NCBI GenBank assembly: GCA_902554655.1
Contig: CACDPE010000003.1
Location: forward strand, 2,124-66,123
Length of the DNA: 64,000 bases
Direction of reading: 5' to 3'
DNA from: an uncultured Bacteroidota bacterium
GTDB taxonomy: Bacteria; Bacteroidota; Bacteroidia; Flavobacteriales; Flavobacteriaceae
Of the stretch, positions 16,575 through 29,000 are shown piece by piece. The number at the start of each line of letters is the position of its first letter. Positions within the stretch are counted from its first letter, which is position 1. Under the pieces are notes generated by a model that was not told the DNA's origin, did not search any database, and saw only the letters and a program-made list of their open reading frames with translations. The position numbers and the translations under genes are program-made.

Positions 16575-17885
16575 ATGAGCTCGAAGACCCTGAACTTAAT
16601 AATTAGTTTTTTTACCTTAATATTGTTTTCTTGCAATAATGAAAAATATGAATCTTTTTCAGAAAACAAACCATTAGCCCAATGTATTGATGGAATTGCA
16701 AAATTTAAATTAGATGATGAAGTATATGAGTATGAGTGTCACAATTATGATTTGATGGGCTATGTCTCTCTAGATGAAATGGATGCCTCAATTGGAAATG
16801 ACTGCTGGGGCTGGACAGACCCTCTTACTGAAAATGAATATGCTCTTATGGGCCTAGATAATGGAACAGGAATTATTAATGTGACTAACCCTATCAAACC
16901 AATTTATTTAGGAAAAATTCCATCGGCTTCAGGATCCAGTATGTGGAGAGATATTAAAGTATTTAATAATTATGCATTTATTGTAAGCGAAGCATCAGGA
17001 CATGGCTTACAAATTTTTGATCTAACAAAACTTAGAGGAATTTATAATGAACAAACCCATTCTGTTGACTTAACATATAATGGCTTTGGACAAGCACATA
17101 ATATTGCAATAAATGAAGGATCAGGATATGCTTACCCCACCGGCATCAAGAATAATGGTTTACACATTCTCAATATCAAAGATCCATTGAGTCCAATTTT
17201 AGAATTGGTGTATCCTGAAAATGGCTACACTCATGATGCTCAGGTTATAAATTACAAAGGTCCAGATCAGAATTATCATGGTAAAGAAATTTTTATTGGA
17301 AGTAATGAAGATAGACTTGTGTTTGTTGATGTAACGAATAAATTAGAGCCAAAAATAGTAAGTGTTTTTAATTATGATCATCAATATACTCATCAGTCTT
17401 GGGTAACATCTGATCATAAATATGTTTTGATGAGTGATGAATATGATGAATTAAATATAGATTTTCAATTAATTAACAAAACTAGAACTATAATCATAAA
17501 CATTGAAGATTTAGAAAATCCAAAGTTGCATTTTAATTATTTAGCCAAAACAGATGCAATTGATCACAATGGATATGTTAAGGGTTCCAATTTCTATCTT
17601 GCAAGTTATACTTCAGGTTTGCGTGTAATAGAAATTTTAAATATTTCTAATAAAAATATTAATGAAGTTGGATTCTTCGATACACATAATTCTACGAATC
17701 ATTCAAATTTGGCTAAATCAACTTCAGTTAAACCATTAGATCCTGGTGATCATGATGGTAAGAAGGGTATAAACATTAAAGAATTTAATGGTGCATGGAG
17801 TGTATACCCATTCTTCAACAGTGATAATATTATTGTAAGTGATATTAATTCAGGACTATTTATAGTGAGAAAATCAACTAATTGA
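16575..17885 (+). CDS. Lipoprotein, probable choice-of-anchor B / LVIVD-repeat beta-propeller family
   Basis: 436 aa with lipobox LILFSC. GNDCWGWTDP..EYALMG.., WRDIKVFNNYAFIVSEASGHGLQIFDLTKLRG resemble the family as I recall it. Confidence 0.55.
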   Translation: MSSKTLNLIISFFTLILFSCNNEKYESFSENKPLAQCIDGIAKFKLDDEVYEYECHNYDLMGYVSLDEMDASIGNDCWGWTDPLTENEYALMGLDNGTGIINVTNPIKPIYLGKIPSASGSSMWRDIKVFNNYAFIVSEASGHGLQIFDLTKLRGIYNEQTHSVDLTYNGFGQAHNIAINEGSGYAYPTGIKNNGLHILNIKDPLSPILELVYPENGYTHDAQVINYKGPDQNYHGKEIFIGSNEDRLVFVDVTNKLEPKIVSVFNYDHQYTHQSWVTSDHKYVLMSDEYDELNIDFQLINKTRTIIINIEDLENPKLHFNYLAKTDAIDHNGYVKGSNFYLASYTSGLRVIEILNISNKNINEVGFFDTHNSTNHSNLAKSTSVKPLDPGDHDGKKGINIKEFNGAWSVYPFFNSDNIIVSDINSGLFIVRKSTN

Positions 17886-17949
17886 TTTTAATTAATAAAG
17901 TGCACTTCAAAAAAAAATAAATAAATTAATGTTTTAACCATAAAATTAT

Positions 17950-17957
17950 TATATTTG
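17950..17957 (+). promoter_or_regulatory. -7 promoter box TATATTTG for tuf, followed by GC-rich CGCGC
   Basis: Exact TAnnTTTG match, ending 32 nt upstream of the tuf ATG. Confidence 0.5.
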
Positions 17958-17989
17958 CGCGCATTTAAAAAACTAAAAAATCTAAAACT

Positions 17990-19177
17990 ATGGCTAAGGA
18001 AACTTTTGATCGTTCCAAACCGCATTTAAATATCGGAACAATTGGACACGTCGATCACGGTAAAACTACGCTTACTGCTGCAATTACTACAGTACTAGCT
18101 AAACAAGGTCTTTCTGAGCTCAAAAGCTTTGATCAAATTGACAATGCTCCTGAGGAAAAAGAGAGAGGTATTACTATCAACACATCACATGTTGAATATC
18201 AAACTGCTAACAGACATTATGCACACGTTGACTGTCCTGGACACGCAGACTATGTAAAAAATATGGTAACTGGTGCTGCTCAAATGGACGGTGCAATTCT
18301 TGTAGTTGCTGCTACAGACGGACCAATGCCACAGACAAGAGAACACATACTATTGGGTAGACAAGTTGGTATACCTAGAATTGTTGTTTTTCTAAACAAA
18401 GCTGATCAAGTTGATGATGATGAACTACTTGAATTAGTTGAAATGGAAGTAAGAGATTTATTAAATTTTTACGAATATGATGGAGATAATGGACCTGTCA
18501 TACTAGGCTCTGCGCTTGGAGCTTTAAATGGAGAAGACAAGTGGGTTGAGACTGTTACAAAATTAATGGAGGCAGTTGATTCTTGGATAGAGCTTCCCAA
18601 AAGAGATGTTGATAAAGATTTTTTAATGCCAATTGAAGATGTATTTTCAATTACTGGTAGAGGAACAGTCGCGACCGGAAGAATTGAAACCGGTGTTTCC
18701 AATACAGGAGATGCTGTAGACATAATTGGAATGGGTGCTGAGAAACTTTCTTCTACTGTTACAGGTGTTGAAATGTTCAGGAAAATTCTTGACAGAGGTG
18801 AGGCTGGAGATAATGTAGGTATTCTTTTAAGAGGTATTGAGAAAACTGACATTCGAAGAGGTATGGTAATTTGTAAACCTGGATCTGTTAAACCACATGC
18901 TAAATTTAAAGCTGAAGTTTATATTCTGAAGAAAGAAGAAGGAGGTAGACATACACCATTCCACAATAATTATAGACCTCAGTTTTATGTTAGAACAACT
19001 GATGTTACAGGAAATATTGAGCTTCCTAGTGGAGTTGAGATGGTAATGCCTGGTGATAACTTAACAATAACTGTTGAACTTATATCCCCAATTGCATGTA
19101 GCGTTGGATTGAGATTTGCTATCCGTGAAGGTGGTAGAACAGTAGGTGCAGGTCAGGTAACTGAAATTTTAGATTAA
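17990..19177 (+). CDS. tuf: Elongation factor Tu
   Basis: 395 aa: [24 protein letters not shown]. Confidence 0.99.
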   Translation: MAKETFDRSKPHLNIGTIGHVDHGKTTLTAAITTVLAKQGLSELKSFDQIDNAPEEKERGITINTSHVEYQTANRHYAHVDCPGHADYVKNMVTGAAQMDGAILVVAATDGPMPQTREHILLGRQVGIPRIVVFLNKADQVDDDELLELVEMEVRDLLNFYEYDGDNGPVILGSALGALNGEDKWVETVTKLMEAVDSWIELPKRDVDKDFLMPIEDVFSITGRGTVATGRIETGVSNTGDAVDIIGMGAEKLSSTVTGVEMFRKILDRGEAGDNVGILLRGIEKTDIRRGMVICKPGSVKPHAKFKAEVYILKKEEGGRHTPFHNNYRPQFYVRTTDVTGNIELPSGVEMVMPGDNLTITVELISPIACSVGLRFAIREGGRTVGAGQVTEILD

Positions 19178-19185
19178 TATTACTA

Positions 19186-19215
19186 AATGAGTGAGTCTTA
19201 TACTCTCTCATTTTT
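19186..19215 (+). terminator. Intrinsic terminator after tuf
   Basis: AATGAGTGAGT-CTTAT-ACTCTCTCATT (10 bp plus one T-T mismatch) followed by TTT. It lies between tuf and tRNA-Trp. Confidence 0.6.
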
Positions 19216-19240
19216 GGTTGACTGGTAAGTCTCCTAACAC

Positions 19241-19313
19241 ACGGGTTTAGCTCAGTTGGTAGAGCACTGGTCTCCAAAACCAGGTGTCGGGAGTTCGAGT
19301 CTCTCAACCCGTG
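19241..19313 (+). tRNA. tRNA-Trp (anticodon CCA)
   Basis: Acceptor ACGGGTT/AACCCGT, anticodon stem CTGGT/ACCAG, loop CTCCAAA, T-loop TTCGAGT. Canonical position between tuf and secE. Confidence 0.93.
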
Positions 19314-19323
19314 CAACATAATT

Positions 19324-19515
19324 ATGGGAAGCATTTTAAATTACGTAAAAGAATCATTTAATGAACTCAGAGATCATGTTTCATGGACTCCTATTGTTGA
19401 GCTTCAAAAAATGACTATGGTTGTTTTAGTTTTTTCTGTAATCTTTGCCCTAATAATTTGGGCAGCAGATTCAATCCTTTCAGAGGTTTTTAAACTTTAT
19501 TTTCAATTTGTATAA
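19324..19515 (+). CDS. secE: Preprotein translocase subunit SecE
   Basis: 63 aa with a single C-terminal TM helix. Conserved position between tRNA-Trp and nusG. Confidence 0.88.
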   Translation: MGSILNYVKESFNELRDHVSWTPIVELQKMTMVVLVFSVIFALIIWAADSILSEVFKLYFQFV

Positions 19516-19518
19516 TTT

Positions 19519-20070
19519 ATGACTGAAACTGTAGAAAAAAAGTGGTACGTTATTAGAGGAATCAGTGGTCAAGAAAATAAAATCAAAGATTACATTGATA
19601 GTGAAGTTAAAAGGTTAAATATTAACGAATTTGTTGAGGAAGTTATTGTTCCAACTCAAAAAGTTGTTCAAATTAGAAATGGTAAAAAGGTTAGTAAGGA
19701 AAAGGTATATTTTCCTGGCTATATTATGATCAAGGCAAATTTAACTGGTGAAATACCTCATATCATTAGATCATTTCCAAATATTTTAGGTTTTCTAGGA
19801 GAAACTAAGGGTGGAGATCCAGTTCCATTAAGATTAAATGAAGTTAGTAGAATGCTTGGTAAAGTTGATGAGTTATCAATGGAAGGTGAGAATATAGCTA
19901 TTCCATTTACTGTTGGTGAAAATATAAAAGTAATTGATGGTCCTTTTAATGGATTTAATGGAAATATTGAAAAAGTTAATGAAGAAAAAAGAAAGCTTGA
20001 AGTTATGGTTAAGATTTTTGGTAGAAAGACTCCACTGGAGCTTTCGTACATGCAAGTAGAAAAAATTTAA
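19519..20070 (+). CDS. nusG: Transcription termination/antitermination factor NusG
   Basis: 183 aa: KWYVIRGISGQENK.. NGN domain and a C-terminal KOW domain (GENIKVIDGPFNGFNGNIEKV). Confidence 0.95.
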   Translation: MTETVEKKWYVIRGISGQENKIKDYIDSEVKRLNINEFVEEVIVPTQKVVQIRNGKKVSKEKVYFPGYIMIKANLTGEIPHIIRSFPNILGFLGETKGGDPVPLRLNEVSRMLGKVDELSMEGENIAIPFTVGENIKVIDGPFNGFNGNIEKVNEEKRKLEVMVKIFGRKTPLELSYMQVEKI

Positions 20071-20128
20071 ATGTTACATATAAATCATTTTTGGGTCGCT
20101 TCCAAACTCGAAAATTAAATATTTATTA

Positions 20129-20566
20129 ATGGCAAAAGAAGTACAAAAAGTTTTAAAGTTACAGATCAGAGGCGGTGCTGCAAATCCATCACCACCAGTA
20201 GGTCCTGCATTAGGAGCAGCTGGTGTTAATATTATGGAGTTTTGTAAGCAATTCAATACTAGAACTCAAGATAAGCCTGGAAAAGTTGTTCCAGTGGTTG
20301 TGTCAGTTTATGCAGATAAATCTTTTGAGTTTGTTGTCAAAACACCACCTGCTGCTGCTCAGTTACTTGAAGCTGCCAAGGTGAAGAAAGGTTCAGGTGA
20401 ACCAAACAGAAGTAAAGTTGCATCTGTTACTTGGGATCAAATTAGAAAAATTGCTGAAGATAAAATGGTAGATTTAAACGCGTTTACTGTTGAGTCTGCA
20501 ATGAAAATGATTGCCGGTACAGCTAGGTCAATGGGGTTAAATGTTAAAGGTCAATCACCTTTTTAA
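20129..20566 (+). CDS. rplK: 50S ribosomal protein L11
   Basis: 145 aa: [19 protein letters not shown]. Confidence 0.97.
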   Translation: MAKEVQKVLKLQIRGGAANPSPPVGPALGAAGVNIMEFCKQFNTRTQDKPGKVVPVVVSVYADKSFEFVVKTPPAAAQLLEAAKVKKGSGEPNRSKVASVTWDQIRKIAEDKMVDLNAFTVESAMKMIAGTARSMGLNVKGQSPF

Positions 20567-20576
20567 AATTATTTTT

Positions 20577-21266
20577 ATGGCAAAATTGACAAAAAATAGA
20601 AAAGAATCTATATCAAAATTTGATACAAATGCTTTATATAGTCTTGATGAGGCATCAAAAATTGTTAAGAATTTTTCTAATCTTAAATTTGATTCTTCTG
20701 TTGATCTCGCTGTCAACTTAGGTGTAGATCCAAAAAAAGCTGATCAAAATATTAGAGGAGTTGTAACTCTTCCTAATGGAACGGGTAAAGATGTTAAGGT
20801 TTTAGCATTAGTTACACCTGACAAAGAAGATGAAGCAAAAAAAGCTGGAGCTGACATGGTTGGTTTAGATGATTATATCAATAAGATCAAAGATGGCTGG
20901 ACAGATGTTGACGTAATAATTACTATGCCAAGTGTAATGGGTAAATTAGGCCCTCTTGGAAAAGTTTTAGGTCCAAGAGGTTTAATGCCAAACCCAAAAA
21001 CTGGTACGGTAACAATGAATGTTGGTAAAGCTGTTCAGGAAGTTAAAGCTGGTAAAATAGATTTCAAAGTTGAAAAAAATGGAATTATACATGTTTCCAT
21101 TGGTAAAATTTCTTTCAATTCTAATAAAATTAAAGAAAATGCTTCTGAAGTTTTGAATCATCTTGTCAAGATTAAACCATCTTCGTCAAAAGGTATATAC
21201 CTTAAAAGTATTTCAATGTCTAGCACAATGAGTCCAGGAATAAAAATTGATACTAATACTATTTAA
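20577..21266 (+). CDS. rplA: 50S ribosomal protein L1
   Basis: Start placed at [10 protein letters not shown] (ATG at 20577). [15 protein letters not shown] motif. Confidence 0.96.
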   Translation: MAKLTKNRKESISKFDTNALYSLDEASKIVKNFSNLKFDSSVDLAVNLGVDPKKADQNIRGVVTLPNGTGKDVKVLALVTPDKEDEAKKAGADMVGLDDYINKIKDGWTDVDVIITMPSVMGKLGPLGKVLGPRGLMPNPKTGTVTMNVGKAVQEVKAGKIDFKVEKNGIIHVSIGKISFNSNKIKENASEVLNHLVKIKPSSSKGIYLKSISMSSTMSPGIKIDTNTI

Positions 21267-21267
21267 A

Positions 21268-21795
21268 ATGACTAGAGAAGAAAAAGCTAATATGATTGAA
21301 TCTATTAAGACTAATCTTGATACAAATTCCACTATATATTTGACAGACTGCTCTGGCCTTGATGCAGAGACAACTTCTAAATTGAGAAGAGCTTGCTTTA
21401 AATCAAATATCAAAATGTCAATTGTTAAAAATACTTTGTTATTTAAAGCTATGGAATCAGTTGATAAAGATTTTGGTGAGTTAAAATCAGCCTTAAAAGG
21501 CAATACAGCATTAATGTATTCGGAAGTTGGAAATGCTCCTGCAAAGATTATTAAAAACTTTAGAAAAAAATCCGAAAAACCGATTTTAAAAGGTGCATTT
21601 GTTGAAGAATCAATTTATTTGGGTGATGATTTATTAGACACGTTGGTAAATATTAAATCTAAGGAGGAGTTAATTGGAGAGATTATTGTACTTCTTCAAT
21701 CTCCTACTAAAAATTTAATTTCAGCTCTTAAATCGAGTGGAAGTAAAATCAGTGGTGTATTAAAAACACTTTCTGAAAAAAATGAAAAAAATTAA
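21268..21795 (+). CDS. rplJ: 50S ribosomal protein L10
   Basis: Start placed at MTREEK (ATG at 21268), 1 nt after the rplA stop. Position before rplL. Confidence 0.93.
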   Translation: MTREEKANMIESIKTNLDTNSTIYLTDCSGLDAETTSKLRRACFKSNIKMSIVKNTLLFKAMESVDKDFGELKSALKGNTALMYSEVGNAPAKIIKNFRKKSEKPILKGAFVEESIYLGDDLLDTLVNIKSKEELIGEIIVLLQSPTKNLISALKSSGSKISGVLKTLSEKNEKN

Positions 21796-21815
21796 TATAA
21801 CTTAAATTACATAAA

Positions 21816-22196
21816 ATGGCAGATTTAAAAGATTTTGCAGAAAAATTAGTAAACTTAACAGTAAAAGAAGTAAATGAACTTGCTGATATTCTTAAAGAAG
21901 AGTACGGTATCGAACCCGCAGCAACAGCAGCAGTTGTTGCTGGCCCAGCCGCCGGTGGTGGTCCTGGAGAAGCAGCTGAAGAAAAATCAGAATTTACTGT
22001 TGTTCTAAAAGCAGCAGGTGGCTCAAAGCTAGCTGTGGTTAAATTAGTTAAAGAACTCACAGGCCTTGGCTTAAAAGAAGCTAAAGAACTTGTAGATAAC
22101 GCACCAAGTAATATCAAAGAAGATATTGCTAAGGATGAAGCTGAAGGTATTAAAACTTCACTTGAAGAAGCTGGTGCTGAAGTTGAGCTTAAGTAA
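21816..22196 (+). CDS. rplL: 50S ribosomal protein L7/L12
   Basis: 126 aa with an Ala/Gly-rich hinge and [24 protein letters not shown]. Confidence 0.97.
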   Translation: MADLKDFAEKLVNLTVKEVNELADILKEEYGIEPAATAAVVAGPAAGGGPGEAAEEKSEFTVVLKAAGGSKLAVVKLVKELTGLGLKEAKELVDNAPSNIKEDIAKDEAEGIKTSLEEAGAEVELK

Positions 22197-22218
22197 TTAA
22201 GCTCTCCTTTATAATATT

Positions 22219-22242
22219 TAAGTCTTGACTATTTGAGACTTA
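22219..22242 (+). other. Weak hairpin TAAGTCT-N10-AGACTTA in the rplL-rpoB spacer (possible attenuator)
   Basis: 7-bp stem read directly, with no strong T-run. The position matches the known rplL-rpoB attenuation site in other bacteria. Confidence 0.2.
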
Positions 22243-22273
22243 CTTAAATTGTTCTTTAACTAAAAATAAATTA

Positions 22274-25200
22274 ATGATTACATCAAATAGAAAAAATTTT
22301 GCAAGTTCATCAGATACACCAAATTACCCTGATTTTCTTGATATTCAAGTAAAGTCTTTTCAGGATTTTTTTCAATTAGAAACAAAATCTGATGAAAGAA
22401 GCGATGAGGGTCTTTACAAGACTTTCTTAGAAAATTTCCCAATTTCTGATGCCAGGAATCAATTCGTATTAGAATTTTTGGATTATTTTGTTGATCCTCC
22501 TAGATATTCTGTACATGAATGTATTGAAAGAGGTTTAACATATAGTGTTCCATTAAAAGCCAGATTGAAATTATACTGTACCGATCCTGAACATGAAGAT
22601 TTTGAAACAATAGTACAAGATGTTTACTTGGGTGTAATACCCTATATGACTGCAAGTGGAACATTTATAATTAATGGAGCAGAAAGAGTAGTTGTTTCTC
22701 AATTGCATAGATCTCCTGGGGTTTTCTTTGGTCAGTCTTTTCATGCTAACGGTACTAAGTTATATTCTGCTAGAGTAATACCTTTTAAAGGTTCATGGAT
22801 TGAATTTGCGTCTGACATTAATGGTGTAATGTATGCATACATTGATAGAAAAAAGAAATTACCTGTTACTACACTTTTGAGATGTATTGGTTATGAAAGA
22901 GACAAGGATATTTTAGAAATTTTCAATCTTGCAGAAGAAATTAAAGTTTCAAAATCAGGCTTAAAAAAATATTCTGGAAGAAAGCTTGCTGCGAGAGTTC
23001 TCAATACATGGTATGAAGATTTCGTTGATGAAGATACAGGTGAGGTTATATCCATAGAAAGAAATGAAGTTGTTTTGGATAGAGATACAGTAATTGATAA
23101 GGAAAATATTGATTTAATTATTGAATCTAATACCAAAACCATTCTTTTAAATAAAGAAGAAGGTGAAGGCAATGAATATTCTGTTATTTTAAATACTTTA
23201 CAAAAAGATCCAACAAATTCTGAAAAAGAAGCAGTTGAACATGTGTATCGTCAGCTTAGAAATGCCGAACCACCAGATGAAGAGACTGCAAGAGGAATAA
23301 TTGATAAATTATTTTTCTCTGATCAAAGATATAATCTAGGTGAAGTTGGAAGATATAGAATGAATAAAAAGTTAGGTTTAGACATTGATATGGAAAACCT
23401 AGTTTTAACCAAAGAAGATATTATTACTATTATTAAATTTTTAATTGAATTAATTAATTCTAAAGCTGAGATTGATGATATAGATCATCTTTCGAACAGA
23501 AGGGTTAGAACTGTTGGAGAACAGTTGTCTGGTCAATTTGGAGTAGGTCTTTCCAGAATGGCTAGAACTATTAGAGAAAGAATGAATGTCAGAGATAATG
23601 AAGTTTTTACTCCAATCGACCTTATTAATGCAAAAACTCTTTCATCTGTTATTAATACTTTTTTTGGAACTAATCAATTATCTCAGTTTATGGATCAAAC
23701 TAATCCCTTAGCTGAATTAACTCATAAACGTAGATTGTCTGCTTTGGGCCCTGGAGGTCTTTCTAGGGAAAGAGCTGGTTTTGAAGTTAGAGATGTACAC
23801 TACACGCATTATGGGAGATTATGTCCAATTGAAACACCTGAAGGTCCGAATATTGGATTGATTTCTTCACTCAGTGTATTTGCAAAAGTTAATAATTTAG
23901 GTTTTATTGAAACACCCTACAGAGAGGTAAAAAATGGTAAAATTGATGTTAATAAATTTAAATACTTATCAGCTGAAGAAGAAGAAGGAAAATTAATTAC
24001 GCAAGCTAATATTGATAGAGATGAGAAAGGTAATATTCTAACTGATAAAGTTATTGCAAGATTAGAAGCTGATTATCCAGTTGTTGATCCTAAAGAAGTA
24101 GATTATATTGATGTTGCACCAAATCAAATTGCTTCTATTTCAGCATCTCTCATTCCATTTTTAGAGCACGATGATGCAAATAGAGCACTTATGGGATCTA
24201 ATATGATGCGTCAATCTGTTCCTCTTATGAAACCTGAATCTCCAATAGTTGGTACAGGATTGGAGAAACAAGTTGCATCAGATTCTAGAGTATTACTCAA
24301 TGCAGATATGGATGGTGAAGTAACATATGTGGATTCACAAAAAATTACCATCAAGTATAAAATGTCTGATGATGAAAAGTTGGTTTCTTTTGAAAAAGAA
24401 GAAAAAACATATTCCTTAATTAAATTTAGAAAAACTAATCAAGGAACTTGTATTAATTTAAAGCCAATTGTCAAAAAGGGTGACAAAGTGAAAAAAGGTC
24501 AAGTCTTGTGTGACGGATACGCAACTAGTTCTGGGGAGTTAGCACTTGGTAGAAATTTAAAGGTTGCATTTATGCCTTGGAAAGGATATAATTTTGAAGA
24601 TGCGATTGTTATTTCTGAAAAAGTAGTTAGAGATGATTGTTTTACGTCAGTTCACATTGATGAATACTCTCTTGAAGTTAGAGACACAAAATTAGGAATG
24701 GAGGAACTAACAAGTGATATTCCTAATGTTAGTGAAGAAGCGACAAGCGATTTGGATGAAAATGGAATGATTAGGATTGGTGCTGAAGTTAAATCTGGTG
24801 ATATTTTAATTGGAAAAATCACACCCAAGGGAGAATCCGATCCAACACCTGAGGAAAAATTATTAAGAGCAATATTTGGTGATAAAGCTGGTGATGTCAA
24901 AGACGCTTCATTAAAAGCTCCACCTTCACTTAATGGAATTGTTATTGATAAAAAACTTTTCACCAGAACAATAAAAGATAAAAGAAGAAGAGCAGATGAT
25001 AAAGATCTTTTAAAGAAACTTGAAATTAAATATGATCTTTTGTTTAAGGAACTTAAAGATAAAATGGTTTCTAAATTGTATGCAATTTTAAATGGAAAAA
25101 CATGTCAAGGTATTTTCAACGATCTCGGTGAGGAGGTAATACCTAAGGGTAAAAAATATTCACAAAAGATATTAAACGAAGTTGATGATTATATTCACCT

Positions 25201-26077
25201 AACCGAAACTGCTTGGAGCGTTGATAATAAAATTAATAAACTCGCATCAACATTATTGCATAATTACAGGATAAAAGAAAATGATCTACAAGGTATGCTA
25301 AGACGTGAAAAGTTTACAATATCAGTTGGAGATGAGCTTCCGTCAGGTATAATGAAATTAGCTAAAATTTATGTTGCTAAAAAAAGAAAACTTAAAGTCG
25401 GTGATAAAATGGCTGGTCGTCATGGAAACAAGGGAATTGTAGCTAGGATAGTAAGACAAGAAGATATGCCATTCCTTGAAGATGGAACACCTGTTGATAT
25501 TGTTTTGAACCCTCTTGGTGTACCATCTAGGATGAACATTGGACAAATCTATGAGACTGTTCTTGGATGGGCTGGTCAAAAACTAGGTCAAAAGTTTTCT
25601 ACACCCATTTTTGATGGTGCTACATTAGATGAGATAAATTCACTAACAGAAAAAGCAGGTGTGCCAAAATATGGTCATACCTACTTATATGATGGTGGTA
25701 CTGGTGAGAGATTTGACCAAGCAGCGACTGTAGGTGTTATTTACATGCTAAAGTTAGGTCACATGGTTGATGATAAAATGCATTCTAGATCAATTGGACC
25801 TTATTCACTAATTACACAGCAGCCATTAGGTGGTAAAGCTCAGTTTGGCGGTCAGAGGTTCGGTGAAATGGAAGTTTGGGCTCTTGAAGCTTATGGTGCT
25901 TCAAGTACTCTACAAGAAATTTTAACAATAAAATCTGATGATGTTATTGGAAGAGCAAAGGCATATGAAGCAATAGTCAAAGGTGAAAAAATGCCAGATG
26001 CAGGTTTACCAGAATCTTTTAACGTGTTAATGCATGAATTGAAGGGTCTAGGTTTAGATATAAGATTAGAAGAATAA
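22274..26077 (+). CDS. rpoB: DNA-directed RNA polymerase subunit beta
   Basis: 1267 aa with conserved blocks [24 protein letters not shown] and [14 protein letters not shown]. Confidence 0.99.
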   Translation: MITSNRKNFASSSDTPNYPDFLDIQVKSFQDFFQLETKSDERSDEGLYKTFLENFPISDARNQFVLEFLDYFVDPPRYSVHECIERGLTYSVPLKARLKLYCTDPEHEDFETIVQDVYLGVIPYMTASGTFIINGAERVVVSQLHRSPGVFFGQSFHANGTKLYSARVIPFKGSWIEFASDINGVMYAYIDRKKKLPVTTLLRCIGYERDKDILEIFNLAEEIKVSKSGLKKYSGRKLAARVLNTWYEDFVDEDTGEVISIERNEVVLDRDTVIDKENIDLIIESNTKTILLNKEEGEGNEYSVILNTLQKDPTNSEKEAVEHVYRQLRNAEPPDEETARGIIDKLFFSDQRYNLGEVGRYRMNKKLGLDIDMENLVLTKEDIITIIKFLIELINSKAEIDDIDHLSNRRVRTVGEQLSGQFGVGLSRMARTIRERMNVRDNEVFTPIDLINAKTLSSVINTFFGTNQLSQFMDQTNPLAELTHKRRLSALGPGGLSRERAGFEVRDVHYTHYGRLCPIETPEGPNIGLISSLSVFAKVNNLGFIETPYREVKNGKIDVNKFKYLSAEEEEGKLITQANIDRDEKGNILTDKVIARLEADYPVVDPKEVDYIDVAPNQIASISASLIPFLEHDDANRALMGSNMMRQSVPLMKPESPIVGTGLEKQVASDSRVLLNADMDGEVTYVDSQKITIKYKMSDDEKLVSFEKEEKTYSLIKFRKTNQGTCINLKPIVKKGDKVKKGQVLCDGYATSSGELALGRNLKVAFMPWKGYNFEDAIVISEKVVRDDCFTSVHIDEYSLEVRDTKLGMEELTSDIPNVSEEATSDLDENGMIRIGAEVKSGDILIGKITPKGESDPTPEEKLLRAIFGDKAGDVKDASLKAPPSLNGIVIDKKLFTRTIKDKRRRADDKDLLKKLEIKYDLLFKELKDKMVSKLYAILNGKTCQGIFNDLGEEVIPKGKKYSQKILNEVDDYIHLTETAWSVDNKINKLASTLLHNYRIKENDLQGMLRREKFTISVGDELPSGIMKLAKIYVAKKRKLKVGDKMAGRHGNKGIVARIVRQEDMPFLEDGTPVDIVLNPLGVPSRMNIGQIYETVLGWAGQKLGQKFSTPIFDGATLDEINSLTEKAGVPKYGHTYLYDGGTGERFDQAATVGVIYMLKLGHMVDDKMHSRSIGPYSLITQQPLGGKAQFGGQRFGEMEVWALEAYGASSTLQEILTIKSDDVIGRAKAYEAIVKGEKMPDAGLPESFNVLMHELKGLGLDIRLEE

Positions 26078-26093
26078 AAATACAATTTCATTT

Positions 26094-29000
26094 ATGGAAA
26101 TCAATAAAACAAAAAAATTCAATAAAATCTCAATTGGTTTAGCATCTCCAGAAACTATACTATCTTCCTCAAGAGGAGAAGTTTTAAAACCTGAAACAAT
26201 AAATTATAGAACTCATAAACCTGAACGAGATGGTCTGTTTTGTGAGAGAATATTTGGTCCTGTTAAAGATTATGAGTGCGCTTGTGGTAAATACAAAAGA
26301 ATCAGGTATAAAGGAATTGTATGCGACAGATGTGGTGTTGAAGTAACTGAAAAAAAAGTTAGGAGAGATAGAGTTGGACACATTAATTTAGTAGTTCCTG
26401 TTGCTCATATATGGTATTTTAAATCCTTACCAAATAAAATTGGTTACCTGTTAGGTCTTCCTACAAAAAAATTGGATATGATTATTTATTATGAAAGATA
26501 TGTCGTTATTCAACCTGGTTTATCAGTTGACAGTGAAGGCAATCCTTTAAATAAAATGGATTTTTTAACAGAGGAAGAATATTTAAATACTTTAGAAACT
26601 CTTCCGCCAGAAAATCAATTTCTAGAAGATTCAGATCCAAATAAGTTTATTGCTAAAATGGGTGCTGAATGTCTGATTGAATTGTTATCTAGAATTGATT
26701 TAGATGAATTATCATACGACTTAAGACATAAAGCAAATAATGAAACATCTAAACAAAGAAAAACAGAATCATTAAAAAGATTACAAGTAGTTGAATCACT
26801 CAGAGAAGCTAATCTTAATAAAGAAAACAAACCAGAATGGATGATTTTGAAAGTTATTCCAGTAATACCGCCTGAACTAAGGCCATTAGTTCCGCTTGAT
26901 GGTGGAAGGTTTGCTACCTCTGATCTTAATGATCTTTACAGAAGAGTTATTATAAGAAATAATAGATTAAAACGACTTGTTGAGATAAAAGCACCCGAGG
27001 TTATTTTGAGAAATGAAAAGAGAATGCTTCAGGAATCAGTTGACTCATTATTTGATAACACTAAAAAATCTTCTGCTGTTAAAACAGAAGCAAACAGACC
27101 TTTAAAATCTTTATCAGATTCTCTTAAAGGAAAACAAGGAAGGTTCAGACAAAACTTATTAGGGAAGAGAGTAGACTATTCTGCTAGATCAGTTATTGTT
27201 GGTGGTCCAACACTTAAACTTTATGAATGTGGTATTCCTAAGGACATGGCAGCTGAATTATACAAGCCTTTTATAGTTAAAAAACTCATTGAAAGAGGAA
27301 TAGTTAAAACAGTTAAATCTGCAAAAAAAATTATTGATAAAAGAGAACCATTAGTTTGGGACATTTTAGAAAATGTTTTAAAAGGGCACCCAGTTCTGTT
27401 AAACAGAGCACCAACACTGCATAGGCTAGGAATTCAAGCTTTTCAGCCAATTTTAATTGAAGGTAAAGCTATACAAGTTCACCCATTAGTATGTACCGCA
27501 TTTAATGCTGATTTTGATGGAGATCAAATGGCAGTTCATCTCCCACTTGGTCCTGAAGCAATTTTAGAGTCTCAATTATTGATGTTAGCTTCTCACAACA
27601 TTTTAAATCCCGCAAACGGTTCCCCAATTACTGTTCCTTCTCAAGACATGGTTTTAGGTCTGTATTATATGACAAAAGAAAAAAAATCAACTAAATCAAG
27701 TAAAGTTAAAGGTGAAGGTTTAACTTTCTATTCAAGTGATGAAGTTAACATTGCTTATAATGAGAATAAAGTTGATTTAAACGCATCAATTAAAGTAAGA
27801 GTTAATGATTTAAATGAGAGTAACCAGATTCAAACTAAAATTATAGAAACCACTGTTGGAAGAGTTTTATTTAATGAAGTTGTTCCTGAAAAGGTTGGTT
27901 TTATAAACCAAGTGTTAAATAAAAAATCACTTCGCGGAATAATTGGTAATATATTGAAACTAACTAGTATTCCAGAAACTGCCGATTTTCTTGATAAAAT
28001 AAAAGACATGGGATTCACTTTTGCGTTCAAGGGTGGGTTATCTTTTAGTCTAGGTGATATTATTATTCCAAGTGAAAAAATTGATATGATTGATGCTGCT
28101 AATAATGATGTTGATTCAATTATTTCAAATTATAATATGGGACTCATAACTAATAATGAAAGATATAATCAGGTGATTGATGTTTGGACATCGTCTAATG
28201 CTGCATTAACTGAATTGGCTATGAAAAGAATTAGAGAAGATCAACAAGGATTTAATTCAGTTTATATGATGTTAGATTCAGGCGCTAGAGGGTCCAAAGA
28301 GCAAATTAGACAATTAACAGGTATGAGAGGATTGATGGCCAAACCCAAAAAAGCCAGCTCAGGTGGAGGTGAAATTATTGAAAATCCAATTTTATCAAAT
28401 TTTAAAGAAGGTCTTTCAATTCTTGAATATTTTATCTCAACTCACGGAGCTAGAAAAGGTTTAGCTGACACAGCCCTTAAAACAGCAGATGCAGGTTATT
28501 TGACTCGAAGGTTGGTTGATGTTGCTCAGGATGTAATAGTTAATATTGACGATTGTAATACTCTCAGGGGAATAACAATTGAAGCTTTAAAAAAGAATGA
28601 AGAAGTTGTGGAAACACTTGGTGAAAGAATATTAGGTAGAGTTTCATTACATGATATTTATGACCCAATAAATGAAGATAAATTAATTGTAAATGCTGGT
28701 GAGGAAATTGATGAAAATATTGTTAAAATAATAGAATCCCTTCCAATTGATTCAGTTGAGGTTAGATCCCCTTTAACATGTGAGGCTGATAGGGGTATCT
28801 GTTCAAAGTGCTATGGAAGAAATTTGGCTACCGGTAAGATGGTTCAAATTGGTGAAGCAGTTGGTGTTACTGCTGCTCAATCAATAGGAGAGCCAGGTAC
28901 ACAATTAACACTAAGAACATTCCATGTAGGTGGTATTGCAGGAAATATTTCTGAAGAAAACAAACTTATCTCTAAATTCAATGGTGTCACTGAGATCGAA

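Noticed and set aside
21749-22117. 122-aa minus-strand ORF rich in Ala/Pro/Ser opposite rplL
   Set aside because: It is a shadow ORF of the Ala/Gly-rich L7/L12 hinge, and rplL is clearly the real gene. The same reasoning applies to the antisense ORFs inside tuf (18469..18852), nusG (19758..20051), rpoB (22891..23172, 24652..24963, 25358..25579) and rpoC (26184..26381, 26615..26830, 27830..28030, 29408..29662). It also applies to those inside recR (38549..38869), pyrG (50695..51099), the trp genes (5006..5194, 5572..5844, 6920..7111, 7615..7818, 8332..8607) and others in the track.
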